A stretch of 63,611 bases of DNA, filler included, from Folioceros fuciformis (taxonomy: Eukaryota), in assembly GCA_049999805.1 (NCBI GenBank). It is 9 parts of 9 records of this genome, joined end to end, with 100 filler letters (N's around TTAATTAATTAA, not from the genome) between each part and the next. Parts side by side here need not be neighbours in the genome. Positions count along the whole stretch, not along the records: positions 19,537 to 35,349 come from JBNGIO010005823.1; positions 35,450 to 38,894 come from JBNGIO010005824.1; 7 more parts are not named here. The stretch is one strand, 5' to 3'. Under the pieces are notes generated by a model. That model made no database searches. It was not told where the DNA came from and was given only the letters and a program-made list of their open reading frames with translations. A program made the position numbers and the translations under genes. Positions within the stretch are counted from its first letter, which is position 1, and every line of letters begins with the position of its first letter. Below, piece by piece: positions 25,823-37,858 of the stretch.

Positions 25823-26825
25823 AAACTAAACAACAACACAAGCCTGCACACTCAAAAGCAGCAGAGTAACGGCGCAAGAATCTTGGACCTACTGCACTCC
25901 TTACAAGCAGCTTCTCTGTCAAAGCCAGGTTGGTAAGAAGCTCTACCCGCCGCAACAGGAACAGGGTTTGCTGCCAGTGAGTCATCAACCCACACAAGCT
26001 GTGAGTCATCCCAGTCAGTCTCCCTTGGTTGCCTGCCAATAGAACCTTGAGAATTTCTCTCCATCGTGGCCCTCCCAGCTTCATCTGTTCTTCCACGACT
26101 ACAGATCGTCAGTCCTCGCGGCCAAGCTAGACGACGCCTCCTCCTTTTATTGTTAACCTGAAACAATAAACGGGCTGCAGCATGGGAACTCACGAGCACG
26201 GCTTTCAGATTTGAACCTCTTCACTTCCCCACGTAACGATGACAGGTGTCGGGCCCGGGGACTGAGAATGAAGCCACACAGGGCCGAATGACCACCCTTC
26301 CTCATCACTTGGAACTTCCAGCTTGAAGTACCCAATCCTCAAACCCTTCATCCAAGCACATCCTCCTGCAAGAGAGGCCAAGTTGTTGATCGAACCCAAA
26401 TCCATGTAGACAACATCCGCACCTCGGCTCTCACCCAATGAAGGAAAGAGCCGACCGAGGTCAGAAGCTGCTAATCCATGTCCACTGCTAAGCAGATGTA
26501 AGTACAGGGACCTATATAACCGAGAAAAGTCGAATAAGGTCTAACGACGTTTCCAGCTCGCAGAACAGACGTGGTTACACACACCGACGTTTTTCGAGCT
26601 TCTTGTTCCGCCCAAATTTGCGTAGCAGTCTGGGCAAATCGGGAAGGGGTCCACTGCCGGATTGCATCTTTGTGTGGGCATTGAAGAGATAGGAAATTCC
26701 GCCCTTTAGACGTAGCAAAGCGACTTATTTCAATTCCTTGCGGCAGTGTTCTTTGAAGGCTCCCTCTCCTCTGAATATGCGACTGTGACACGACTGATGG
26801 TCAAGAGCGGAGGTTGAGCATTGCG

Positions 26826-29174
26826 ATGGAGCGGGACGAGGAGGGGCAGTACATCTACGACCCAGATGAGCAGTACGTGGGACAGGATGTAGAGGGTAGC
26901 GAGGACCAAGGTTTTGGAAGCCCCTGGTTGGAGTCCGGCGAGGAGGAGGAGGAACACCGGGCTAAGCCGAGGAAACGGCTGGTGAAAAGAAGTGCGGCAG
27001 AGGATGCGGAGGATGAGGATGCATATGGGAGCCAGAGGAAGAGGAAGAGCAAGGACAGGTCTGACGTGGACCAGCGGAAGAGGATGCGGAATGTGAAGGA
27101 GGGGAAGGATGGCAGGCAACGGAGATCGGGGCAAGGGGTGGGGGATAGGCTGCCGAAATTGGGAAAGGGTGGATCAGGGGAGCGAGAGATGAAAGAGATG
27201 TGGGATTCCTTGGCAGGCCAGGACTCGGAGGTTCGGTGCTACCTCGGATTCGTCAGCTTGTTTTGCTTTGTTTGGTTCATGCTTTCTCGGAGGAGATTGA
27301 AGAGGACTCGATGGCCATCTTGCAGGATGACCAGGAAGGGCACAGAACGAGAGATGATGATAATTTTATTGATGACACCGGGCTGGATGTAGAGCGATAC
27401 ATTAGCGATGGCGATGAGCCGGCTGGCTCAGCTGGGGACGCTCCTCAGGTGTTGTGTCTGCCTCGCTCTCTCTCTCCCTCTCCCTCCCCCTTTTTCAGGA
27501 TTTCAGGATGGGAGCAGTTCTCAGTCCTGACTTGTTTCAACGTGGGAACTTGCTCTTAGGCAGAGGAAGCTGAGGAGGATGAACTCAAGAAGTATTTTCA
27601 GTCTGGCAGCAAGAAGAAGAAGAAAAATGAAAAGCTTCCGGAGGAGATAGGGATGCTTGTGGAGGAGTTTATGGCTAGGCTTGAGCTTGCTGCTGAGGAA
27701 GATGCGAACTGCAACCGCAACTCCCAACCCGCCACTAACAAATTGAGGATGTTATCGGAGCTTGTAACCATGCTTGAAAAGTAAGGTGTTGCTCCAACAA
27801 TTAAGCACAACCTTGTAGGAGAAATATTTTTGCAGTGGACTTGATGTGCAGCGAATGTGCAGGCGTCATATGCAGAATGAGTTCCTATCGCGTGGAGTGC
27901 TGAATGTGCTGAAGAATTGGCTTGAACCTTTGCCCGATGGGTCCTTGCCAAACTTGACCATCAGAAGCACACTTTTGAAACTCCTCACAGATGTAAGTAA
28001 CCCGAGGAGTGTTGCTGTCTTGCACGGAATAGTGCATCTAGCAAGATGTATATGCTTCAGCTGTTATGAATGGTTCACATGTTTCTCTATTGATTGTTTT
28101 TTCTGCAGTTGCCCATTGAAGTGGCAGACAGTGAGAAGAAGGGCCAGCTGAAGAGGAGTGGACTGGGAAAGGTGAATTTGTTAGATGATTTGAAAACGGT
28201 ATTTGCATAGCATGGTGGAGATTCTCTGACTCTGGCCGACTGGAAAACCTAATTCATTACCTGTCTTGTGGGTAGGTTGTCATGTTTTTGTCAAGACTAC
28301 CTGCCGAGACACCACAAAACAAGAAGCTTGCACGAGACTTGGTTGACAAATGGGTAAGACGCTGATTCCCAAGTTGGAATCATCTCCAAATCTTATTGCC
28401 CAGCCCAACGTTCTCCCCCGTGCATGTCCTTTTTCAGAGTCGCCCGCTTTTCCATAAGAGCACCAACTATGAGGACCTGAGGCAAATGGATTCAGAGAGG
28501 ACCCCAGTACAGCGAAGGCCCATCTCCAGGTATGTTCGATCATCGTCCGCTTAGGGCGATATGGTACTATCGAGGTGGCCTGGGACCCTGGGTGGATCGA
28601 CCTTGATTGGAGTACCGTCGGACTATTTTCTCATTTGTGTTTTCATTGCACAGGCCAGCACCAAAGAGGAGCTCAAAGCCTGGTGACGAGCTTGAGATGG
28701 ACGAGGATTCCCGGTAAGTCACAATTCCTCCTTTTTGTTCCCAACATTGCTACAAATGAAGCTGTACAGCACCAGATCCCTTATCCTGGCTATGTAGCGT
28801 GTCGAACCAACGTGTGCCTACAACTCTTTTCAGGGAGCCAAGGCCAGGTGACTCTGGTTTCAGATTTCATGCGTCCAGGCCAGAAGCTCTTGCTCTCGAC
28901 TTTGTGGTCCGCCCTGGATCAAAAGTTGATGCGGAGGATGTCCGAGCACGCGCTAAGATGCAAGGAATGGACGAGAAACGCCAGAAGGTATAACCCAGCT
29001 TCAGACAATTATTTCCTGCTTGTGGGTCCGCGTCCATGTCTTTCGGAGTGACCCTTGCGTCTCATGACTGCACAGATGAATAAGAGGTTACAGAATCTTA
29101 AAACTCCCAAGAAGAAGAATCTTCAGGCCGAGAAAATAAGTGTCGAAGGCCGGGGCCTAGCAAAGTTCTTTTGA
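26826..29174 (+). CDS. IWS1: Transcription elongation factor IWS1/Spn1; exons 26826-27230, 27326-27448, 27560-27780, 27863-27992, 28109-28171, 28276-28353, 28438-28529, 28654-28713, 28834-28987, 29076-29174
   Basis: GT-AG introns keep the frame; signatures KNWLEPLPDGSLPN, LKRSGLGKVVMFL, LVDKWSRP, ISVEGRG; acidic N-terminus. Confidence 0.93.
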
Positions 29175-31374
29175 CCAGGCATCTCACTGTGAGCATGCGA
29201 CAAATGACAAGTTTTCACTTGTGACACATGGTACCAGGTCACAACGGAGAGGGCCCTTCGGATGTACTTCTGGAGAAATTTGTTTCCATCTGTACAGTAT
29301 ACTTCAGCAAACCAAACTACAGGACGCATTCCACGCCGAGATGCTTCCTGCTCCTCTTTGGCCTCGAGCCTTCGAGGGATCCAGCTAGCCTTTCCGCAGT
29401 AACTATCTTTAAGTACCATAGTGAGCCAGGTGTGACGTTTCTGGACGACGAATATGAGTCCAAGTTTTGCTCACGGATTCATGAAGCCCCAATCGCACTC
29501 TTCAATAATAGGGTGTTGTTCCAGCCCATACCGGTGGGGTTTCGTTGTCGCGGTTCGTTGTTTTTCATTGACAATTTCAGCAGACCGAGTCTCCTGTTTA
29601 CACTGGATCCACGATGTCCTGTATCTTTCCCCGGTTTCGAAGTCATGTACGACACGGTTGCAGGAGCTGGTGCTTGTCGGTGTTGCGATGATCTATCTTG
29701 CAGAGCGGAGGTTCTCAAGGCTCATGGACACTACCAGGGCAAGATATCAAAGATGTGAGTTTGAGCGCCGAGCGCGACGCATTATTAATGGCTTCATAAA
29801 GGTTAGGAGTCTTTGAGCGCAGTAATAGTGAGGCAGACCTGTCTTGTCCAGGAAAGCTGTCCGATCGCTTAGCGCAAATGGTGGATTCGTGAAGCCATGG
29901 ACTTGATCTACAGTGGGCAAAGGGGACTCTTACGGCAGGCCAATATCCTGTCCATAGAAAGCTATGGTAGCCGAGAGATATCACTTTTGCACCGAGAGAC
30001 ATCACCGTACCATGTCTGAGACTCTACTTTTGCGCTCATCATGTCTCCCTGTTGAGGCTCCTGTGTGACGGTACAGGCCACCTCGCTGTGTTCACGACAC
30101 TCCCCCACAGCTGCGTTCGCTGCACCGCACCATAGTGATATGGAAAGGCTTGTAGGCCAGCAGCCACATCGAAGGACAGAAGGACAGGCATCCAAGCGTC
30201 GGATGGTCTGCATCAGCGCTCGCTGCATCAACCCCGCTTTCACGGGACGGTAACCCTAGACCTGCACAGCTGGTATGATGAAGCCTGCGGGGTTAACCGA
30301 CAGCGAGAGGCGAAAGAGGACGGAAGCCGAGAAAGAAAGAGATGGGCGGCCAGCTGCAGGTAAGTCTGGTACAGCATAGCCGACATGTGAACGACGTTGC
30401 TCTCTCTTATCATATGCAGTGGCTGTGGCGATGACAATGGCTATGGCGGTGACATGCACCTGGCGGCCACGGCACATGGTGTGCAGTGTGGATGTTAACA
30501 AGGATTAGACTCGCCAGAACCGAACCAGAATTTTGCAGCGTACAGTACGGCACTTGCGAAGCCGGCTTGCGTGAAGGGGATGACGCATGCGCAGCTGGGC
30601 TGGCTGCCATTGGCATTGCAGCTGTGTCATCTTTCGGTGAAGACTGAGCCAGCCAGCCACATGGCTGTTTGTGTGTACCTACATACAAAACGTGAGTCTC
30701 TGTGTCAGCCGTAGAGCTTCGGTGAATTGTTTCCGAATCCTTTCCCTTTGGGGGTCACCAATGGGCAACGACAATGGGAATGATCTGGTTGGCAAGGAGT
30801 GGGGCCCCGAGCCATGGAGGGTAGAGCGAAGTCGGGGTCCATGAGCAGTCCAGATCCCGCACCCCGAGCTCCAACCACCGCCCATACTCCGTGGAGCGTG
30901 AAAGACGCATCGGGACAGCCGGCGGGCGTAGCGCAAGCGCACGCCGACAAGCCCTGTCTCCTCCTATAACGTCAACGGAACGGGTCGTCGAACGGAACGC
31001 CAGTCCGTCGGGCGTCCTTTTGCCAGGCTTTCACCGGCGACCGAGGTCTTCCTCCTCTGCCATCGTTCCCCGTCCTTCCTCCTCCCCTTCCTTTGCTCCT
31101 GGTGCTCTGCTGCCATGGCCGGGTCCCCTGCGAGGCTGCCGTGACGGGGAGCTGCAACTAGTCCCTTCCCGCATTGTACTTTCACTGCGTGTGTCGTCGC
31201 ATTCTGGCATTGGTGGCTCCGTTCGTGGCGCATCGCCGGACTTGCATTGCATGCGCAGGNNNNNNNNNNNNNNNNNNNNNNNNNNNNNNNNNNNNNNNNN
31301 NNNNNNNNNNNNNNNNNNNNNNNNNNNNNNNNNNNNNNNNNNNNNNNNNNNNNNNNNNNCTGGGAGCCCCGGCC

Positions 31375-32882
31375 ATGGCGGCCACCGGGAGGCTGATTGC
31401 CCTGGTGCTGGTCCTGGCCCTGGTGGGAGCGGCCGGGGTTGCAGGCGCGGGGAGTAGCGATGGCGGGAGGCTCCGGGCCCCCGGAGGCGCCTCGTCCGTG
31501 CTTGGGGCGTTGCTGGAGTCGGACTATCACTACACGGTGGAGCTGCTTGAGAAGGCGGGGATGTTGCAGCCCCTGGAGTCGGTGATCGGGGACGCGCCGC
31601 TCACCATCCTGGCGGTGAAGGAGGAGGCGTTTGCGCGCACGGGGCTGGACGCGCGCTTCAAGCGTTGGCTGCTGGAGCCGGCCAACATCCACCAGCTCCA
31701 GACGCTGCTGCAGCACCACGTGGTGAAGGGGGACGTATCCGCGGAGGAGTGGGGGAAGGACGGTAGCGTGACGGCGCTGTCGGAGGAGCGAGTTCCCGTG
31801 TCCCGCGCGGGGGCTCGGCTGCTGTACCAGCGGGTGGAGGTGGAGGAGGCGGACGCCATTGTGCGGGAGGACGGGCGGGTGCACGGACTGCGGGAGCTGG
31901 TGCTGCCGAGGTCCGTGAAGGCGGCTTTCTCCTTGTGGAAGAGGCAGGGGCCGCTGCCTCCCCCCGGGCACCAGTCCCCGGCCCCGGGCNNNNNNNNNNN
32001 NNNNNNNNNNNNNNNNNNNNNNNNNNNNNNNNNNNNNNNNNNNNNNNNNNNNNNNNNNNNNNNNNNNNNNNNNNNNNNNNNNNNNNNNNTGGGCGCCAGC
32101 TCCCGGGCCTGACGGGGGGCTCTTCCTCGGGACGGTGGAAGAGGAGATTGGGGGCTTCGTGGCCGCCGTCGATGCCTACGGTGGGTACGGCGAAGTGGCG
32201 GATCTGTTGGCCAATCTCACCTCCCTGGAGGCAGACTTGACGTTGCTCCTGGAGTTGGGGCATACTTTCACCTTCCTGGCGCCGACCGACGCGGCCCTTG
32301 ACCAGCTCACCCACGCTCAGCTCACAGAGTCCGGGAGCGTGGACGCCATCTTATGGTATCATGTCATCCCGGAGTACCTGACGGAGGAGGATATCTACAA
32401 CTTGGTGAAGAAGCACGGGAAGGTGGTGTACCCCACGCTGCGGCACCCCTACACCTTGCTGGCCCAGGAGGCGGACGGGACTGTGGAATTCGGGCAGGGC
32501 CGGTACACTGCGCGGATTTACGATCACAATTTGTTCTCGGACGGCAGGATTTCTGTGATAGGGATCACCGACGTGCTCTTCCCGCCGGGGACGGTGCACG
32601 CGCCGGCGCCGTCCAATCGCAGGAAGCTCGTCAGACGTGAGGACGCCGAGCCGGATCTCAGTGTCCTGGCGCTTCCCAGTGCGGGTATGGGAGCATTGTT
32701 GTTGTTGCAAAGCCTGACAGTCGGTACATACAGACTTGGATATGAGTTCAGCTTCATTTTCGACTTGTTGTTGGCGTTGTGATGGATGTGCAGGGTATTC
32801 GAGGATGGCGGACGGAAAGGCATTTTGCTTACTGGCTGCCGCCGCTGCTGCAGCGTGGAGCTGCGTGGTTGCCCTCTTCTGA
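31375..32882 (+). CDS. Fasciclin-like arabinogalactan protein with two FAS1 domains (FLA15-18/group B-like); gap 31990-32089 in the Pro-rich linker; probable intron 32685-32793
   Basis: Signal peptide; SVLGALLES, GGYGEVADLLANLTSL, YHVIPEYLTEE, AQEADGTVEFG, DGRISVIGITDVLFP; the spliced last exon gives a hydrophobic tail. Confidence 0.88.
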
Positions 32883-33727
32883 TGAAGGGCGGACAGGAAT
32901 GTTGATGAAGGGTACCACCTCCGGATAGGACCATTTCGGGAGGTCACGTGGCTTCCTCAGTTCATGCCGCCTCACTGTTTCAGCTGCTGCTCACTTTTAT
33001 TTTCGACATCCGTCATCCCCATTAAGGACTTGTGGCCACGACGGCGTCACCTCACGAGGTGGGATGAGTTTATTTATGGCTACCACAGCACTGATTGCTG
33101 GATCACTTTGGTATCATCTTTGTCTTGACTAGTTCCCCTGGTCTGGCCAGTATCTATTATAGTCGGTGGTAGTGTGCATTGGATAACCAGCTAGCTGCCT
33201 ATCTCCGATATCTAATTGGAAAACATCTCTCGCTTGGTACTGAGCTCTCCATCGAGTGCTTATGGCAGTATCAATGGAGAGCTCTTCGTCGAATTATTAA
33301 TTGCCCCCAGCGCTTTCGCTGCAGCAAGCTACACATACCCAAAAAACCAACTCATTCATGTATCTGGCTCTGAAGACCTAGGAACCTGTTTCCTGCTAAC
33401 CAACGTCCCGCTGCCTTTTGTAGTAGACGCAGGCACTGATTCCCGAACCACAGCGTGATACATGGCCTTGGTAGAGGAACATGACGTTTCTCCACGACCT
33501 TGAGGTGCCCACTGTGTTTGGAGGTATCTAAACAGCAGATTTACAGGCAGGTGGTGGGGAATAGGGCCAGATGTCTGAACTATTTCTCGGGTACTGACTG
33601 CGACCCATGACCAACTGAAACCAGTATGGTTTTGCGTTTTCCTCGTCGATTCCCACTGCATATATGCATGCCTGCTCGTGGGGACGGAAAAGGTTCCGGC
33701 GGGTGAAGAGGCTGCCTGACTGGCTGT

Positions 33728-34732
33728 TCAGATTGCAGTCACTTCCTCGACTCCACCACTGGTGATGGTGTACGGGAAACGCACCATGCCCGAGAGCGGG
33801 CACTTGGCAATCTTTACAAACCGCTGCCCCAGGTGGGACTCCAGCACCAGGCGGACGTTGATGGCATGAGCCCATCGTGTTCCCAGAGCAGGTGCCAGTT
33901 GCATCTCGTCTTCGCCGTCTGCGACAGGCTGTTCGAACACAGGCACGTCACCTTGCCCCCTTCGCTGCACTCGGACCTGATTGGTTGTCACCACGGGCAT
34001 TCGAAACGCCTCAGCCAGAAACTTTAGGCGGGAAGCGGCGCGCCCCAACACCTGCTGCCTCTCCGCGACGCGATCCAGGCCGTACTCCTCCTGCACCAAG
34101 GCGGCCACGCTGTCCATGATCAACAGCTTTACGCCGTGTGCCGTCACCAGGCCGTCAAGCGCTTGCACCGCCACCATGAACTCGGCCAAACTCCGGGGCT
34201 GGAGGACCAGCACGCGGTGCGCCAAATCCTTCCGCACTGACTTGTCCGGAAACTTCGCCCGCGCAATCTGTAGCATCCGCTTCGGCCTGAAGCTCCGCTC
34301 CGCATCCACATACAGCACGCAACCGTCCAGCCCGCCGGAAGAGAGCGGCACCGTTCCCAGCACGGCCAGCATCATACACAGTTGCGTCTTCCCCATCCCC
34401 GCTGCAGCCACCAACTCCGTCACCGCTCCGAACGGAATTCCCCCGCACAATGCTCGATCCAGCCCCGCAAGCGTGGTGCCGAGGTGCCCCCGCCCGGGCT
34501 CCTCCACGGCTCGCCGCTCCCAGATCTCCTGCACCGTCCGGCACGGCGGAGCCGTCTGCTCGCAGATCAAAGCCAGCGCCGGCCGCAGAACACCATGGGG
34601 CACGTCGAGGAGCGCTAGGAGCTCTAACTCGGTGCGCATCAGCACATCCTTGGCTGTCAGAATGTTCCTCGCACGGAAGACGTGGAGCAGGTCGAGCGGG
34701 AGCCCCATCCCACTCAAGGCCTTGTCCGCCAT
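33728..34732 (-). CDS. RAD51B: DNA repair protein RAD51 paralog B, intronless, 334 aa
   Basis: N-terminus MADKALSGMGL..FRARNILTAKDVL..TELEL..LLDV typical of plant RAD51B; Walker A AAAGMGKT, Walker B LLIMDS, TNQVR, ALGTRWAH. Confidence 0.9.
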   Translation of the reverse strand: MADKALSGMGLPLDLLHVFRARNILTAKDVLMRTELELLALLDVPHGVLRPALALICEQTAPPCRTVQEIWERRAVEEPGRGHLGTTLAGLDRALCGGIPFGAVTELVAAAGMGKTQLCMMLAVLGTVPLSSGGLDGCVLYVDAERSFRPKRMLQIARAKFPDKSVRKDLAHRVLVLQPRSLAEFMVAVQALDGLVTAHGVKLLIMDSVAALVQEEYGLDRVAERQQVLGRAASRLKFLAEAFRMPVVTTNQVRVQRRGQGDVPVFEQPVADGEDEMQLAPALGTRWAHAINVRLVLESHLGQRFVKIAKCPLSGMVRFPYTITSGGVEEVTAI

Positions 34733-35250
34733 AGCCGCGCCAAACGAGAGGGGAGGAAGCTCGCTCACCGCTCACCGAAACCCCATCAGACCTCGTCCAC
34801 CATAGCCAAACAATCGGAAACAAGCTCATTCACCGCGGCAAAACCGCATCAGGTTCATGAAACCTCGTCCGGTATGGACACACACAGAATGGGAGAATCT
34901 CGTTCACCTCGGCGACGCTTCCCCCTAAAACCTCGCCATCGCCTGACGCAAAACGACTGAAGCGCGTTTACCCCGACCCCCGCATCCCGCTTTCCGAAAC
35001 TTCGCTATCGCCTGATACAAAGAGAATGAAACACGTTCACCCAGGCCACAACATCCCGCTCTTCAGGGCCTCGTCCGCCATAACAAAACAAAGAAAGAGG
35101 AACTCCTTCACCTCGGCCACCTCATCCCGCTCACACCTCCTCCGCCATAGCCATTCAAAAAATGAACGATGCACGTTCACACCGGCCACCGCGTCCCGCT
35201 CGACCAAACCTCGTCCGCCACAGCCACGAAGAATGAAGCTCAGGCCACAA
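34700..35250. repeat. Degenerate ~70-bp tandem array (~8 units) overlapping the RAD51B start codon
   Basis: CCTCGTCCGCCAT-like anchors near 34720, 34791, 34863, 34931, 35000, 35069, 35136, 35209. Confidence 0.85.
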
Positions 35251-35449
35251 CCCCTGCACCGATGACGGGCACCAGATCTTGCTTCTGCCCCCGTAGGCCC
35301 CCGACGCGACATTTTATCCCCACCCTGATCCCACGCCAAGGAACTAATTNNNNNNNNNNNNNNNNNNNNNNNNNNNNNNNNNNNNNNNNNNNNTTAATTA
35401 ATTAANNNNNNNNNNNNNNNNNNNNNNNNNNNNNNNNNNNNNNNNNNNN

Positions 35450-36346
35450 CATCTTGCTCCGCAAACCCGACACGGCATCCACCCACGCAAGAGCAGGGAC
35501 AACGTCCTCCATCATAGGGGTCAAGTACAAGTCAAAGATTTCATCAATGGAGTCCACCCAATCCTTGGCTTCAGACCGGTCAGCGCCGCCTTCCTCCTCC
35601 TTTTCTCCCAGCAAGCCGAACTTCTTGCTGCAGGTCATCCGAGTAATGTTGTTCATCATCAAATAGTTTAGACTCTTACGCACACACACGGCAGCATTCC
35701 TCTCGGAAACCTCCAAGAGCTCCCGAACAGCTGCCTGAGTCTCCTCCGCCCTCACTCCCTCAAACTGCTGCAGCCTGCTGCTGCTGAGCAGCTCCGTGTG
35801 CACCAGCTTCTTCACAAGCCTCCAGTACTCGCCATACGGAACCACAGCTGCAACCAAACCCACAATCTTTGCTGCGTGAGCCTCGTGTACTCATGTCCCC
35901 TACCCAACTACCTTCCCACAACCAGAGGATCCAGCCTACTAAACACCGCACAAGAGATCCCAAACTCTACCCGAATGTGCATCCCCGTAGTTCAGGTACG
36001 AATTGGCCGCAATCCTGGGCCTGTTGATGAACACTGGACCTTTGAGGCAGTCTTCAGCAATCTTGGGGTCGGTGACGTAGAGCACGTTGGAGACGCCCAC
36101 CTTGAGCAGCATGACAGGCCCGTACGTCTTGGCCAGCTCCATGGCGACCTGATGCGGCATCTTGCCAGCACTGGCCAGCTGCGGGAGGTTCCCCACGATC
36201 GGCCATTTGGGAGGTCCCGGGGGCCAGCGATACCGCCTGCTCCTCTGAGCCTGCCGAAAATGCAATGCCAAGCACCACGCAACCAGGGTGACGATGCCAA
36301 TCACCACCCAATCCTCCACACTCCAGCTCAATCCAGCGAACGCCGT
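35450..36346 (-). CDS. Cytochrome P450, CYP71 clan, 5' part (exon 1 ~36346-35971, intron 35970-35848, exon 2 to scaffold end); no in-frame ATG
   Basis: TM anchor, WPPGPPKWPIVGNL, LAKTYGP, FINRP, PYGEYWR, TELLS. Confidence 0.85.
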
Positions 36347-36619
36347 TCGCCACTCTCCACAGCAGCAGCTGAAAGAGCCGTGAATTTATGTAGTGTGTGA
36401 CCAGCCGGCCTGAGACCCAGGGTGCCATCAACACACTCTCTGGTTGCCGCCACACGTAGCCCGATGACAAGCTACGTGGAACATATCCAGGACCCTTGGT
36501 CCTAATCTTTTTCTAATGGCCTCATTATATCAAAAAAACACCGGGAACCCATCGTGCTCTTAATGCGAGCACGGAAACCAAAGTGCCGACTCACCATGGT
36601 TAGCATGTCACAGCGCAGC

Positions 36620-36700
36620 GCATCGCGCTCATCCACTCTCCCGTTCGCATCGCGCTCATCCACACTCCCGTTCGCATCGCGCTCATCCACTCTCCCGTTC
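36620..36700. repeat. 27-bp tandem repeat x3
   Basis: GCATCGCGCTCATCCACTCTCCCGTTC. Confidence 0.95.
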
Positions 36701-36969
36701 GTCTCGACGGCATTTCGCGCGCCCTTAATGTAACCCATTAATATAGCTATACGTACCATATACTCATATATCTACGTATTTCTGAACCCGTCTTTAGTTT
36801 GAAGAAGTGCATACTCTGACAGTGTGGTATCCCCGTGCAAACTCTGAAAGTGCTGTATCCCCGCGCACTCGCGAGGCCAAGCTCTAGAGTTGGTCGTGAA
36901 CGAATTTGCAAACTGAGAAGACAATCTTCCCCACTAAATTGATAAGGGCCAATGTTTGGACTTGATCTG

Positions 36970-37858
36970 GTGTGAGGCAAAGAAGAATTTCATCTACCAC
37001 TCCTGGGCACTACATCAAGTTTGCTTGTGCTTATGGCTACCGAAAGCAAACTCCTCCAGATTTTGCAGTTTGTGCAGACATCACTAACAAGACAAAGTTA
37101 GGCAAAAGGAGCAGGCGGTCCAAGATTGCCTGTGGAGAAAGCAAGAAACGTGGGTGCCAGTTTTTGTTATTTGTAACAAAGCTGGAGATGTTTTCTGAGG
37201 TTGTTGAACTGAGACTACATCAAGTATTGTCATGGTTTGTTAGCGAGAGATTCAGCTTCAAATTGTACCCTTGCTCCTTACCTGTCCACAGCTAACAAGG
37301 AGTGGGTGAAGTATAAGTTGCTCCGTAAGACAACTGCTTTTCAGATCCTGATTGACCATGAGTCTGAGATGTTTTTAAGGAAGCATCGTGATGTGCAAGC
37401 AATCCTTGAGCGAGATGATTTTTTGCTGCCTTGAGATATAAGGAATTTGCAGGCAAAGTTGGATTCCAGGGTGTGGCGATTCCATGTAAATGATGAGGTG
37501 AGTGTCAAGCTATGGATGGATGTCCATAGGGAGGAGGTATTTTTCCCTTTGCCAGGAGAAGAACTACACGCCAAGGTCCGCTTTTTCTGGTAGACGATTG
37601 TATGGTGGAAATAAATGGTATCAAGTTTGTGTTTGGAAGTAACGTGCTGATTTTCTTGTGTCTATGGCATGTTCAGAGGGCTTGGCTGCGGCAATTGCTG
37701 AAAAAGGTGAAGGCACTCGACACCAAGTATGCAATTATGAAATCCTTAGATGACATCATGCATATGGACATTGATGTCGGGGTAGACATAAACCAAGCAT
37801 GCATGCAAAGACTTGAATTGTTTTATGCTACCTTCCAAGAAGCTAGCAACTTCTTGAA
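36970..37858 (+). mobile_element. Mutator-like (MULE) transposase remnant
   Basis: SKKRGCQF, RDDFL..DIRN, HVNDEVSVKLW, FLVDD..VEINGI..VF, FLCLWHVQRAW; frameshifts and stops. Confidence 0.7.

Noticed and set aside
30700-30770. GDPQRERIRKQFTEAL resembling the start of the TFIIS central domain
   Set aside because: Only ~16 residues with no continuation; cannot be distinguished from chance without a search.
33981-34805. Long antisense and alternative-frame ORFs over RAD51B, FLA and PPR
   Set aside because: Expected shadows of GC-rich codon usage.
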